Positions 34,110 through 49,196 are shown, counted from the first letter of the stretch. The stretch: DNA of 64,000 bases from Catajapyx aquilonaris (GCA_000934665.2 KZ537976.1:1-64000); one strand, 5' to 3'. The notes: generated by a model from the sequence alone, not told the origin. A program made the numbers and translations.

Positions 34110-37100
34110 GGGTGAGGCCTCGAGTATTGAACGAAGAGACTACACGGACATGTTTGTTGTGGTTTGGTTGGACTTCCCCGGTTGAGTCACGGATCACTTG
34201 GCACGAAGAAACAATACCCATCCTGTTAATTTAACCTGCCTTCCTCCCTTCAGCCAAAAACGAAGTTAGCTTTTAATTGAACCAAGTTTATAATTAAGTA
34301 ATTAGAAGCTGTGCGGGCATAAAGCCATGGCATGATTAATCTCATCAATTCCGCAAAGAGAGTACTTAGTTCATGGAGGAGACTAAAGTGCGAAAATGTT
34401 GCTTTTGTCAGGTTCGTTAAGTTGCATGTTATGAAGAGACAGCAAACGATACTCGTGTAGTTTGGACTCGGTAGTCTTAGGCCAATTTGCTGTCTCATAA
34501 AGGCAAGGAGTTTGTGCTAATTACTACTTTTCATAGTGGTCGACTCTATATAGTAACAAATATGCATTTCATCAGCCGTATTATTCATATTTTTTGGGGG
34601 GGTGTAACTGCAGCAAATTTTTCTGCCCTTTCGGTCAACCTCTAGGGCGCCATTTTTGTAAGGGCTGGGAAGTTTTTACGGGATAAAGAATGGTCTCCGG
34701 GCGTTTTCCAGATGTTGCAGCTGGGTTCTTAATAAATTTGGAAAATGTATCTCGCTGGAAACCTGCTCCCCTCTATATATGTCGTTTTTCTGGGGGGTGC
34801 TGCTGTGTACACTCGGAAGAAACACCGCTGGAAGAACTTTTAGAGTGGAATATTATTCCGAAATATTAGCAATTCAAAACCTGGGAGCTAGGAAACCCCG
34901 GGGGGTTTTTTTTTTGCTTCAGGAAAATTGAATCATTTGCGAACATGTGCTGCTTAGATTTCTTTTTTTACAGGTTCCGGTTGGTTGAGCCCAACAATGC
35001 TAATAAGAAGGTGTGATAAAATGGTTCATTTTCATTGCTGGAGAGGGGAACAAGAGCTGAATTTCTGCCAATAAAACTTACGTAACGTGGTAGCCGAAAA
35101 TCGCGAGAAATGGGCGTGATCATTATTTCCTCTCCTATTTTTTTTCTTCTTCTCCTTTTTCTCTCGACATTTCCCATGGCTGAGTGAGGGAATTGGATTG
35201 GGGACAAGGGGGATATGCTCTCCAAGAGATGAGTGTCGGGCTCAAAATTCCCAATTCAGGATGCGACCCTATTTGATTTGCGGGATCATCATGTTGTAGT
35301 ACACCCACGTTTTAGTTTTTCTCCTGTTTTTATATAATTTTTTTGCGAGGCTCTGTGGGAATGACACCTCTAGTGGCTTGGTATACCACACTTTATTTAG
35401 TTTAGACTTGATCACCGAATCGTGTTCGGAAGTAATAATTCCGCCAGCTCCCATTTGCATAGCCTTCATGCAGTCTCTTCTTGAAGTGCGAAGGTAGTAC
35501 GCCAGCGGACTATGCATAATAATGTGCGGGGGGCCAATTCTCCTGGGGCTCGTCAACAGCTGATCCGAATTCTTTTGGCAAACTCCGGCGCATGTCCTCT
35601 AACCTTGCTCTAGATAGCAGCCAGAGGGTGTTACCAAAGGAAAAATCACCCTCAAAGTTTATAATCACTTTAAAAAATATTTTGAAATGATCATTGTTGC
35701 CCGTTTGTTTGCAAAAGTGTCATATGCAAATTATTGGCAATAACCTGGTGGGGTATTCCTCATTCGCTGCGTGGTTTTCCTTCAAAGGAGAATATTGACC
35801 TGCGGCTAACGAGGCGAAGTTGAATGTAATGATAATGATGTTTGGGGGTTATCGTATTGATCAGCATGCCCAGGGTATCTACAGTAAAAGGGAAGGTCAT
35901 TGGAGGGCTTGCTGCGGGCCTCTCCGAATCAAGGGATCTAAGCTCATGGAAATTGCGGACCAGGAAAAGCCCTTAGTGGGATTGCGATAGAGGAGTTTAA
36001 ACGGGGCTTTAATTGGAGGTCTAAGCTGCTCGGTTCCCAAAAGCAAGGAAAAGTGTGGGCGGGGTCATTTGTACCCGGAAAACTACAATTAGAGGGGGGC
36101 AGAAGCCCCACATTATCCGCATATGGAAATGAACTCTCAGTATAAATACAAATAGGCGGAAAGTGCAAAAATCTGCAAGTGTAATGACTGTTTATTTCCC
36201 AGTTTGACTCAAGACATGCAGCAGCATAACTCCTGTATGATCGTCGTTACATGCAGAGTACTGCGTTTTAGTGCTTTTGCAAGCTGCAATGGAAGCTTTG
36301 GTTTATGGGACAGTAAATGCGTTTTTTTTTTTTTTTTTTTTTGCGAAGCAGTTTGACCAAGAAAGTGCGTGTGGTTCATGGTGCAGTAAGACTCCGTGCT
36401 TTGGAAGGGAAACGGGTTTATTCCTCTTGGAAGCTTGCAGGGGGAGTTTGAGGAGAGATTATCCGGAGTGGGTTTGGGGTTAAAGGCAAGTCTGGAGGTA
36501 ATTGGCTGGTCGGAAGTTTTTCGTACAGAGACGAGAGTACTTTTTGGGCCATCCCGGTTTTTTATTTTCGGTGCGCCTGGAGCTATGGCCGCACTTGACT
36601 TTTAATTGTCTTTTTTTTCCCCGTGGCAGGAATTGCTCTTGTATGGTCATGAACGTTATGAGAGTAAGACAGCAGGAGTTTCTTGTGTTAATTAGACTTA
36701 CATAAAATGCAGCTCTGTAACAATGAAAGATGTCAAATTAGTTTGGGAGAATTTTTAAAATAAAATATGTCGCGCTAATATCCGTGCTTCTGAACACGAC
36801 CTGCTGAAATCATAGGGATTTCCTGCTAAATCTAAATTAAGATTGCGAAGATACTTTCATAACTGACAGGCTACGTCCATCCATCATGGGGATGTCTGGA
36901 AGGCGGGTCGTCGCCCTTAACACGGGCCTGAAAAGTGTTATGAAAAGAATAAGACTTGTCAATAATAAACCTGGTTGAATAGACACGCCGTTTTCTCTGG
37001 GGGCTGGGATGGAGTTATCTAGTTATCTATTAGATTTAGTGGGTCATCTCGTGGAGCTGCGAGAATGGCAGGTTGCTGTCAGCCTCGTCAAAAGTTTTGA

Positions 37101-40100
37101 CATGAAGCATCAAGATTCGGGGCGGGATGTTGGAAGAAGGGGAGAAAAAAAAATTAAATGAGGGAATGATGAAGGCTGTTGGCATGTTATTATCTAAGGG
37201 TTGATGAAAAGGTTAAACACAGTTGATTAAAAAAGTCGGTAATTGCAACTGATAATATACGCCAGTGAAACTTGCAGGCAACGGATTTAGCAGAAACCTG
37301 TCAATCGCATAATTTTGGGCTTGTTTCGTCGAAAACCTCATTTAACAGATATTCCCGGAATGAGGACTGATTACATCATATCACGCAATTCACGATCGTT
37401 TTTTAATTATTATAGGCATGTAAGTCTTATACATTTGCACTACTACAAAGATTAATTATGCCTGATGCAATAGCTTAATTCATCGCTAGGATATTCATTA
37501 GCAGCACATTGAAGTTGGTTAGCTCCATGAATGACTGAAGGCTCCGAGATAAACAGGAAATTCAACGTTTGATCAATTACTGGAGGCGGATGGCGTGCTG
37601 GAGACGTGTCCTCTCGAGTGTCGTTCTCATTACGGTGGTGCTGATCACGCAGGTGAGGTTGTCAACCCTGTAATGCGACACTTATGCCGCACAAAAGGAA
37701 ACCCTGCCTCTCTTTGGGTCGTCCTCAGATCATTCACCCTACGGTTGCTTTCCGTCTCCTCGATTCCGAGAACACTCTTGTGGGTCTAGAGCAATTAGGG
37801 TTATGAACTAACACAAGTCTACAGGCAAACTCGGGTCCTCCCCGACTAATTGAGTTTGCAATTTGCGATTGAGATTTACTGTGCAGTTAATCCGGGTTCA
37901 TGTGGAAACTCGACGCGTTTAGGAAGACCTCAGTATACTCATGTCCGGTTTTCTCCAGCCATTTAACCGACCCTTGTAAGAGTTAACAGTACTTTAAATG
38001 CCCTAGAAGCAGTTAGTCCGTAATGGGCTGAAAAACCTGGCATCTAACACAGTAGCTGTTAACTGTTTAGAAGAAAAAATAATTATAAGCAAAATAGCAG
38101 GTTGAGCCATTTTGTATTATACGTACATGTGAGTTGTTCAAAGTAGAGCTGCGACCACTGCTGATTTTCTCAGCGGTGTTTTCCCAACATGGAGATCGCA
38201 TATACTGGCTTCCCAACCGTATAAGGAAATCCTATTTTGTTGGTTACAAGTTGGGGTTAGTAACTTAAAACTTGCTACCACTGAAGTAGATTGGGGAGCT
38301 GACGATGCCTGGGACCTGCTGCACGATGAATAATTATGAGAAACAAAAGCCGACGCCATAAAGCCCTCCCGTAATGGGGACGACGTAATGCGATAAAAAA
38401 AAGCTGGAGAGAAGTAGCGCATCACTCCTCGTTTTTGCCGAGCTTTTCCTGCGCAAACGAGACGACTTTTTTTTTCCTCTCTCTCTTTCCCTCTGATATA
38501 TATTTTAAAACTCTCGTCCTGGAGGGAACAAAGTGCATAACTTGTCCTCGTCTCATATTCGATGAAAATGGGTTCCCCTGTGTGCAATGTGGTCTTGTTC
38601 TTGTCTCGGATATGACCAGAATAAGCTACCTTTTGGGGGATGCATGATCTGTGGTTCATTGATATTAAGCGTCTGTGCAGTGCGTCATGGTTTAATTAGC
38701 CTATAATTCGGATCTGAAACTGTTGAAATAGATTCTAACAATATTATAAGAATTTAAATTAAATTAATGTAAGACTTGTACATAGCACGTTACAGTTGTG
38801 TCATTTTTCAATGCAGTTTTAACAAGTTTATGGGAATGTAATTTATAAACTACCCTGCTAAGTGCTAACTTAAATGCTGACGAGGTGGAGATGGGGGAGG
38901 GTCGAGGTGTTACGGGAGAGACGATGTGTACTCTCTGCCCTCCAGCTAGCGACAGAGGAGTTTCTACCCCCATTGCGCATGCGCGGAACGGCGGCCAATG
39001 GGAAGCTTCGCGGTAACAATGTGCAGCCTGGGCCAATCGGAGGGCTCGATCGTACAACAAAAGATTTTAATATAATATAGATCATCACTTTTTGGTTGAT
39101 GTTCACAAGATGTTCATACCAAACAAATTGCTAAGACATCTGCAGCTATCAAGTATTCATTGCCATCTTGCAGGAAGACATTTTGGTGTTCAATGTTTAG
39201 CAGTAAAACCAGTAATTAGGTTCTGGCGAGATGGGGAGACAACCTTGCCCGGATTTATAACCGAAATCGATAAAATCGGGTGATGACACCAGTTGTTTCT
39301 TCACTTGCAGTAAAGTGTCTCTCTTTACTCTGTCCTCGCTTTCATCTTGCTGTGTGTCTGTGTAGGTGTGAAGGAAAAAAAAGCGAGTTATGAGTTTTCT
39401 TTCGCAAGGTTGTGTGCAGTTGGGGTTTCGCTTTCCTAAATGGAGCTCCCTGAGTCAGCAGAATGTGGGAGGAGTAGCCATGGAAACTGAGACCTTAGCT
39501 GACTGGACGAGGGCTGTGAACATATTTCTCTCTCTCTATCTCTCGCTTTTTCTTTTCCTTTGGGTTGTTTGAAGATGGCGAACACGATGGGAAAAGCGAG
39601 ATAATTGATGGAGCCGGCAGGTATTTGAGACTGAGCAAATTGTTGACTACAATAACTACAAACGATTTCTCTTTAAAATACAACAGCATTTTTATTTATT
39701 TTTTAATGTTAACAATTCAGTGGGTATATTTTGCTACAAAATGAAAGTGAAATGAAAATGAAAGTGAAACAAGGTGGGAGGATTGGGTGTCAAGAGCAGC
39801 GAGAGATTTATATCTGGGCTGGTGCACCATAGATGAGTAGATCGATTTTGGGTTTCCCCCTGCAGGCTGACCATCACAGTCTGATGGCTTCACTCGGATT
39901 TCAATAGGCTTTAGAAAGTCGTACAGAGCCAATGGAATCGGTCCGATAGTTCGCAGTGTGAGTGACAGATCAGGCCCATGGGGGCTGACAAAAAAAGGGG
40001 CATGCTGGCAACTGGGTCACTACACCCAATCACCAAAAATGTTGTTCTAGTTTACCGCACGTTCAATTTATTCATGGAAAAAACCACGTGAAGCTGCGAA

Positions 40101-43100
40101 GGTCTGATGAAAAGGAAATGAAAAGTCGCGGCCTGTATGAACCAAAATGATGCGCAGTAAGCAAAAGTACATCTGGCCTTTTCTGCTGTGATGTAATTAT
40201 TGCATAATGGAGTAGAGAACCATGTCGAACTGACTGGAAATTCACTGTACACTGCTTTGTGATATGCTATATAGTTTGTGCGTAGTGCATGACAAATGCA
40301 ATTTTCTGCTGCTGCTGCTGCTTTTTTTGCACAAACGCGAAAGTTACACCGCGATACAATTTTGACGCAAATGCTGAACTGGTAACTGACCCAGATACAG
40401 TCATTCACAGTATTGCATTACAATTATTTACATGTTAGTAGGGCAGCTCAATATTACTGTTGAGTATTACTAACCAGTTATTATCGGGACAGTTCATACC
40501 GCGACATGTCTTTTTAAAATTGTTGTAGCATTTCATTCTGTTAATGATAACAGTAAATGAGAAATATGCAACATTGTGTGTGATATTATTCTAACTCATA
40601 ATAAGTACATTACTGCCCGAATTGCTATGAGAAAGTCACACCCAACAGTCGTTATTATTAACACCGTGCTCATGACTGGGGAAAGCGCTTGAATCTGACG
40701 AATGAATTACTCTCGACAACAGGTGTGGGGAACATTCAACTTGTCCAATGTGCAGGCGGAATGGAATATTAGGTTTGCAATTGGATTTTGATTGAACCGT
40801 CTGTTGCCTCATGCACTTACACGTACAGTAACTGCGAAAATTCAAAATGGCAACACGCTCTCTCGCACAGTAATACCATGTTTTTAGTAGTTTTTTTTTT
40901 TTTAAAGCGGTAGAAAGTAGACATTGCCCGGCAGAGAGTAATTTCATCCTGGCTGCTATGCAACAACTGGTATGACTAACTAGAAGTATAACCGACAGGC
41001 GCAAAATTTTCTCTCATTTTTAAAACGGAACCAACCGCGAAAAAAATTGTTATTATCGCAATGGCTTTAAAAACCTGAACTTAAATTTCAATTGCTTAAA
41101 AAAAACGTCCAACCAAAATTTAGGTCGTCATTATCGGATCAGTCACATTCAATATTATGATTGTCGCCGGTGGTGTGCTGTGCAGTGGGTGTTTTACATG
41201 TAACAACATGGCACATGCTCTCATTTTCATTATCCATTGCCAATCTTTTTTAAAAAACAGCAAAGCGGAGTGCGATTTTTGTTCAATTTTTAATCAGCAT
41301 GAAATTTTGAATATTTTCTAGCTTGTTCGCCCACCTGTTGGCACATTTATAATAAGCACACGCGGAAGGTCACAGGGATTGTTTTATGGCGGGGCTGCAA
41401 TAAAAACTGCGTATCGGCTGGGATGTAGAGCCATAAATTCACACGTCAAATTACATATAACACCTGATGGGTGTGAAATACCCGGTGACGTCACTTCCAT
41501 TGTGCGCCTCTGTAATAGATAACACTTTCCGTCTCATTTTAAAAGGTAATTAGCGGCATTGTAGCTGTTAGAAGAGAGCCTTTACGGTGTAATGCACTTA
41601 TGAACGAATTATTCCGTTCAAAAGGGTAAAAGGTGCTGGAGAATGGCGCAGAATGTTATTTATTTTTAACTAGAGAGCTCCGACCTTTTCTGTCCTGAGG
41701 TTATACGAGGAATAAAAAGTTTTGTTTTCATGTGTCACTCGCAAAACTTGCGGCATGCAATATTGCAGGCGGACAGACATTCCTGGCGTTCCGCAACTCA
41801 ATTATAATGGGCTCCTATTGCAGTAGTTGATATAGTAATTTTATGAGAGGACAAATCAAGCCGGCTTTACGTAAAAACATGCATAAATTAATTGTAAGAC
41901 AGAATATTATAAATTTATTTATTTGCATTATAAATTAGACGTTAGACTATACTGTGAATCTACCAATTTCTCATTTGCTGATTCGTTTGTAATGGAGCGG
42001 ATGATAAAATTTCGCCAAAATACTGCCAGTACATCGTATACACGATTCAGTCGGAGAGAGATAAGTTAGTGGAGCAGAAAATGTATCTGAGGAAATATCC
42101 GGTTGGTAACGCCATTCCCTTCCGCACTCGAATGCAAAATCGATATCCGGAATTTCCAGCGATGCCTTCATTTTTGGAGTTATCTTTGATTTAGTTCGCG
42201 GTGAAATTGAGACAAAATAGGCACAGGTTGTCTTGTATAACTGGAAAATTCGTAGGTTGGAACGACTCCAATTTTCGATAGGATAAAAAAAATGTACCGG
42301 CGACTATAATCCTTTAAGATGGTGCAGCGGTGTAAGCCTTGCGTCGTAGTGCATTAGGCCTACATGATCCGCATTGTTTGGAATATACTGGTGTACTTAC
42401 AGTATGTACAGTATGCGCCTGTTGCGTGCCGGCCGGCTTACCTATACTTATTCTGCATTAAACTCTTACTCCGCCTGAAAAAAATATGCGGCACATACTC
42501 ATACAGAAAAGTCTCAGAAAGTTTAGCTGATAATCCTGTTAATTAAATACCGCCCTGTATTAAAATCGGCGCATAATTTGCCTAAAAAATCCTCCCACGC
42601 ACGCCAACCCTCCACAAATCCTATTACAAGCCAGATGGTTGGTCCACATCACAAACAAAAAAATAGAAGCGGATATCCAGCTATAGAAAGCGACCTCTCT
42701 CCAAAGCCCACAATGCCGTTAAAATTTCCTGCATAATATCCGGTGCATCGAGTCCGGAAAGCAATTGCTGCAGTTGAAACGTGGGGGGTTGGAGTCGCAA
42801 TGGAGACGAGCGTGAAACCGCGTGGGCTTGGCCTGCAAATGGCGGAAGGGAAATCCGCGAAAGGACCTCAGGGACTGTATATTGCAAAATTGCAAATGAC
42901 CACCAGCTTGCAACTGCAGACGCCTCCCTTCATTATCATCATCCTTGAAAAAGTTTGTTGCGAATTTTGCGATTTCATTTTTGAGAAAGGTCGGCCTACA
43001 TGTAACCATATTTTTTTTTTGTATGAAGTCTCATATACAGTTGTTTATTGTACATAAAAATTGAGCAACTGCACATATTTGGCGAGATTTTTTTTTGCGA

Positions 43101-46100
43101 TTTCCGAGCAGGCGTCATGTCCATGTGGCGGGGGTCCATAAACATTAATTTTGGAATATGCCGGTCACAGGGCATATTTCAGGAGGCGACATATGACAGC
43201 TGGGATGACACACTATGAAATGAGTTAATTGGCGCTTCACGGGTTGTTGCGGGGACAGGGAGAGAAATAATTGCGGTGCTATTAACAGTTCCGCCAAAAA
43301 AATTATGACACCCTTTGACTTTTCGGACCGACATTTGGAGCGGATGTTACAAAAGTTGGGATTTCTCTATCTCTATCTATTAGGACGATGTAACTGGGGC
43401 TGATTTAGAGCCGTCATAAAACAAACTGGGTCGTTCGAAGGGTCATAGGACAACAGTGAAAATAGGACGTGTCCGTGGGATTGTTGGCCAGCAATCTTAA
43501 GCCCCATTTTTACTGCCCTGCAAACACTGTACCTGTCCGATGGTGATTAACACAGGGGAGCTCGGGCCTAAATTAATTGCTCTTTACTGCATCCGGCTTG
43601 ATCCGAACTCATGGGTCCTAGAATCAAAGGCTGGAAGTCGTAAATTTAACTTGGAATTGGGAAGCAAGCCTTAGAAAGAAGCAAGAAGCCAATGAAATCT
43701 CGCGAGGATGTGGACTTGAAGTTGCAATCCTCTCTTCTGATTGGACAGGCTGCTTCTGTGTCGGAAGATTGACTTGCAGTATTTGCAGTTCCTGAAGGAA
43801 AAGGGAGGGCACAGTCGAATTAATTGAACCGGGCTAAGGCTCTCGCCTTGAATGCTAATTCGTCCTGCAATATACGAATTCTTGTGTCAGTTCTGAGAGA
43901 TTGAGAGAGAAAAAAATGCATGTTATAAACATTTGAAGCGAGGCTCTTCCTGTTTTTTTATACAATTTATTTTGACTTAATTTGCAGCAGTCTGGTTGTT
44001 GACAGCCTGCAGAAGACTTAAAATGCATGTTATGCAACGGCACGTCATACCCGTCGTGACCTTTTTATAAAGCTGCCTAATTAGTCATGCCCGTGTGAAC
44101 CTAAGCGACTCTGTGATGATGACTACAAGGGGATTTTGTCCCTGGGATTGCATCAGACCTGACAGTATACATTTTTTTGGAATCAGGCCCAGAGTTGCGC
44201 CGGGGTTTTTTTTTTTTTGTTGATATCAATGATCAGCGATGGGGGGGGGCAAAATTTAAATGATGGCACACGAAATTGGAGGCTTGTGTTATAGTATATG
44301 TTAGCGAATCGATATTGCACGGTTGGGGTGGGCTCTAAAAATGGAAGGCTCTATAACCCCTCCCCGTCCCCATTCTGGGGGTTGTACACACTCTTTGAAG
44401 GCCCGGGAATTCAGCGGAAATCCCACCGAATTCTGGAAATTCCGGAAGAGAGGCTGGGGGGAATCCAGGTCGACCCTACAGGGTGATGCAAAAGGCCTTT
44501 TCGGAATATCCTCGTGAATTTATGGGACTAAATTGCTCCAGTTCCTTAGCTGTAGTTCAGTAAAATTAATTGAAGCAATCAATTCTGAAAGTGTTTTTTC
44601 TCCTATCTACGAGTGTAAGTAAAATGGTTGAGAAATTACTCTGAGAAATGACAGTCAAAAAAGAGGAGCTGTAGAGCCAAGGTTGGCTCGGTCAGTTACA
44701 AAAATTCAAATAAAGTCAAATACGAAATTCTGACTAAAAGCACTAAAGGTGATGTATGCACGAGTTGAAGAGTAGACTATACAGTATATTGCACAAGCCT
44801 GCTGCAATGTAATCGCAAAATTATTGCATAATATGATGTCTTCGATTAAGTTTCGTGCCACCGTGCATGACTTACATAATGATTCATTAATATTCAAGCG
44901 CTTACATCATGATTGGGGCCAGAACTGCCAATATTAATTAGAGCAATTTTGACATTAATTTTGTCGAATTTTTTTGTGCAAATTTGGTGACACCACAGAT
45001 GAACGCGACAATTCCAGCCATGTGTCGGAAAGAGGACCTCTCTAGAGAGCCTGGTTATAATTAGGCCCAGAGCGTCTCTGTTTACATATATTTCATGCCG
45101 CTGCTGGGAACTCAGGTACACGTCACACGCTTTTCCGATCGATCTCTCTGCAAAACCTGCCCCCCCAACTCACAACATTTGCACCGAGCCACCAGCTCTA
45201 GCTAGGTTGGATGGGATTGGGGAGGTGAGAGAGATGGTGGGGGATGGAGGGTATAGGGGGGGAAATTGCATTAATCAGAGGAGGGGTCCCAGAAGTATTT
45301 TCGAGTTCACGGGCTCGGTTGGATCTCGATTTAGGGTACAAATCGCCCTTACATTGCTGCTGGAAAGCACACGTTGCATGATATAAGGGCAGTACCATTA
45401 GGAGGTAAAGCCACGGAGCATATTATAGTCATTTGCGCAACAGCAATGAAACTGGATTTGGCCCAGTTTCCTGTTCTGTAAAAGACCCAAAACGGAAACG
45501 TGAGAACTCGAGAAAATAACGCTAGCACGCAGAGAACGTCTGTAATCGCTTTTAGCACTATTAAAACCTCTGATAAAACTAGGAAAAAAACTTCAAGTGC
45601 CCACGATTGTCCACGTAGTATTAATTTCATCGCATAGATGGCGCATCCTCCCTCTCTGCACACTACTGCCACTTAAGGTCGTGCGATGAGTAGGAGTACT
45701 ACATGCACTTATCTGAACAGAGTTGATGAGTCACTCCGGACAAAGAGAGGTACAGACTCAAGCCAATCCTATACATGAGAAGTCCAAACCCTGGACCTTA
45801 GTCGTGGTAGGCCGTGGGATTAGCAACTACACAACCCCCTGTAGTGTCGACAGGTTGTTTCTCGTTGTTTTTCAGCGGATTAAAGTTGGCACAAGCTTAA
45901 TCCCTTGGTCCGTTTACATTAATGAGCTTGAAGAGAGGTGAATGCGCCTCGTGACATTAATATTTCCGGAGTGCATTTAGGCTCCTGGGGGCGCATATTT
46001 GGAGGACACGTGACTCGGGATTTCCTTTGCCTGGGAAGGGCTTAAGCCAAAAGGATGCCATTGATCCAGCTAGAGGCCAACTCCTTTCCCCTGTAAAATT

Positions 46101-48912
46101 CCAGGCAGGAGCAGCCGTTTCCTCCATTTGGGAACATTTCTCACGAGATGTGTGCGCATTTTCAAGGGGAGGGGAGGTGGGAGAGGGTTCCATGATTTAT
46201 TGGGTGATAATAGAAGCGCTGGAAAGCCGGGTTGACAGATAGGAAATGGGCCACTACTTCATTTTTTTAGTAAAAAGGAACTCCGGTTTGTGCAGGTAAC
46301 TTATTGGATTCGAATTTTTATATCTCCTAAAAATCGCAGGTTGATGCCAAGCAAAATTGGAAAAAGTGCAGAAGTCCCCAGGTTAATATCTAGATGGAAA
46401 AAGTTCACCTTAGCCAATTTTGCATTAGTGTTCAGGACCATTTTTTTCCACCACGAAATTCAACCGGTTGATGGCTTGAACAATTTGTAGCTCCCTCTTG
46501 GACTGTGGGGGCCACCCTGGGCGTTTGCAATATTGTAGGAGACGCCTCCTCCTCGAAAAGAAGAGCCTCGTGATTGCTCGTGGGGCAGGGTCAAGCGGTG
46601 GAACTATTGATATTTCCTTATCCACTGCGGTACAAGGCGAGGGAAAGTGAGTGTATATACTGGACCTCCAGTGATGACGCAGCTTAGGGCATTTTTTTGA
46701 GGGAGTGTTTGGGGATTGGTTTTGCACATCTGTCATTGGCGAATCCGTTATCTTTGACGTGCAGAGTAGGATAGAGTACGTCTCAAACTCAATTCTAGCA
46801 GGATTGATGGTGGGGATGGTTTGCGCATAGGATAGTTCGTGGGGCTGCTTAGCTAAGTAATGTATGACTGGGTGTAATTAGCATATATTATCGCATGTTG
46901 GGGGGCTTGAAGGGTTGGGTGCGCAGTACTTGACGGACTTTTTTATCGTTTCGTGCAAAGCAGCATTTTCAGCACAGCTTTCTTTGCATGTGTAACGGCA
47001 GTATATACGCAGTGCGTGGCATGCACACTGTTGCCAATTTCTCCAGAAATTCAGCTTAATGCGGGATTATGAATAATTTTTTTAAAGACACGATATAGGC
47101 CAACCTGCACGTTGCTGTAAGAAAAATCCTCGCTGGTATATGGCATGAGATTGGCAGACATATTGAGCTGTACTGGTCTGCATGCAGCGGACCACTCTCT
47201 ACTTTATAAAAACACAATTTTGAACTTTAGCTTGTACTGTATGACGTCCGCAGGGGGATGTCAGAGAGATGTGGGGGAGAGGGAGGGGGGGGGGGGAGAG
47301 GGAGGCGACAGCTTGGGCCAAAAATTGGACACTTGCGGACTGGAGCGGAATCGAGTGGGTTACAGTGTTGAAATTGTTGTGGACAGCTTGTGAGTTTGAT
47401 CGCTTAACCGGGGGAAAAACACGGCGATAAAAACAGCCGTGGACACATCTGAGTAGTTTACAAAAAAAGTTGTGACCTGCGAAAAGTTGGGCAATTTGTG
47501 CACTTTCAGGAAATTACACCCGTAATTTTTGTTAGGAACCATCGTGATTTGGCTGCAGTCCGCAACACCACAGTGTACGTGGGAGGAAGGAAATTAATGG
47601 GCCATTGACTTCAACAAGTTTAGAGAGAATGTAACCCCGATTATTGCTTGCAACGCAAACTGCTTGCTGAGGTAAACAATAGCCTTACCACCTACCATTA
47701 TTGGACTGTGGACATGGCCAGTAATCTGTTTACGAACTATGGGAAAGTTTTTAACAAAAATGATGACCATGTATGTATGGATAATTCTCAGTCATACTCA
47801 GCATCTGATAATGGTCCAGCATCACCTGTTGCTAGATTTTCAGACAATTTCATAAAGCTTCGATGCTGCTGCACTGAACCAAAAAGGCACAGTAGTATGC
47901 GAATTCCCAACATGAACAAAACGGGCAAAAACGTGACATGATAAATATTTGACACGGATATTAATAAAACACTTCGCCGTAGATCCGAGACGTTTTGCAA
48001 ATATGACAGTCCCCATCTTGTGCCAAATATTTCTCGCACATATTAGGTTATTCATATGCTGTCAGCGTAAGGCTGGCGAGAACATAACGCCAACTGCTTT
48101 TATCGAGATAGGCTTTTCCAGACTGCGATGTTTTACAGCCTGAGCGTGAGGGCGTGAATAATTTAATAACCGTCGGAGTCGTCTTTCTGAAACGCCCTTG
48201 AAGAAACGCCCTTTCTATAATCCTGCGAAGGTTCAGAACCAAACCCGGCGCCCTTTTGTTTTGGCAGCCAGCATAATCTGCAGGGGCAAAACTGCCTCTT
48301 TACCTCTTCAAACCCCAGGCCTAAGTAATCCGCCCCTTTGCTGATGCCAAACAAGAGGGTTCTTTGCATCTCAAGCGCTCCCAGCCTTCTCTACACCAGG
48401 AAATTATTCCTCTCTCTCTCTCTCGGATATCGTTTTGAGTAAAACGGCTGCGTGGGTCTTAATGACGTCACGCTGAAAATTAACGGTCGCGATGGAAACC
48501 TAATTTTCAGGGGAAGTCGAGGGGGGAATTATTTGGTCGACTCGCTGTTTTCATCAGCAAACACAAAAGGGGAAGAAGGCGGAGAGAGAACCAAAGAAGG
48601 CGAGGGGAAAAAAAGCCATTGATTTCCCAACGGAGGAGTTGCACCAAGTTTCTTTCCGCTTGCTCCAAAAGATCCGCGTCCGGTTTTGTGACGATGGAAA
48701 CTACCCAAACCTGGGTTTTCCTAGTCACCAGCACTTTGCACTAACAGATTGAGAGACCGGTGGTTGCTTTCAGGAAAAAAGACATTTTCCGGGTCATTTA
48801 CGCCGTGTTGGGCACACGGAGGGGATTTTAGGATCCTAGGAAACACAGAGTGGTCCACAGTTCCAGAGAAAAAGCAAGAGAAAAAGTCTCAACTAATTCT
48901 ATTGTAACTGTA

Positions 48913-49196
48913 CAGTGCTGGGACATTAATTCCGTCGTACTGCTAGAGACAATTTTCGATGCGGCAGAAGTGCGCATCTAATTGGTGGAGTGCGAACCGT
49001 GCGAGTAAGAAATGGTAGGCTTTGGGTGACGTCACCGGATGGGGACAAGCGTTTTTCTTCATTGCTCCCAGCAGGTGACGTCACCCAAAGCCTACCATTT
49101 CTTACTCGCACGGTTCGCACTCTATCAATTAGACATGCACTTCTGCCGCATCGGAAATTGTCGCTAGCAGTACGACGGAATTAATGTCCAGCACTG
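48913..49196. mobile_element. Tc1/mariner-type foldback MITE (284 bp)
   Basis: TA|CAGTG...CACTG|TA; ~123-bp near-identical inverted arms (48913-49036, 49074-49196) around a 37-nt spacer. Confidence 0.9.

Noticed and set aside
48926..49184. Two near-identical ORFs on opposite strands
   Set aside because: Artefact of the palindromic MITE.
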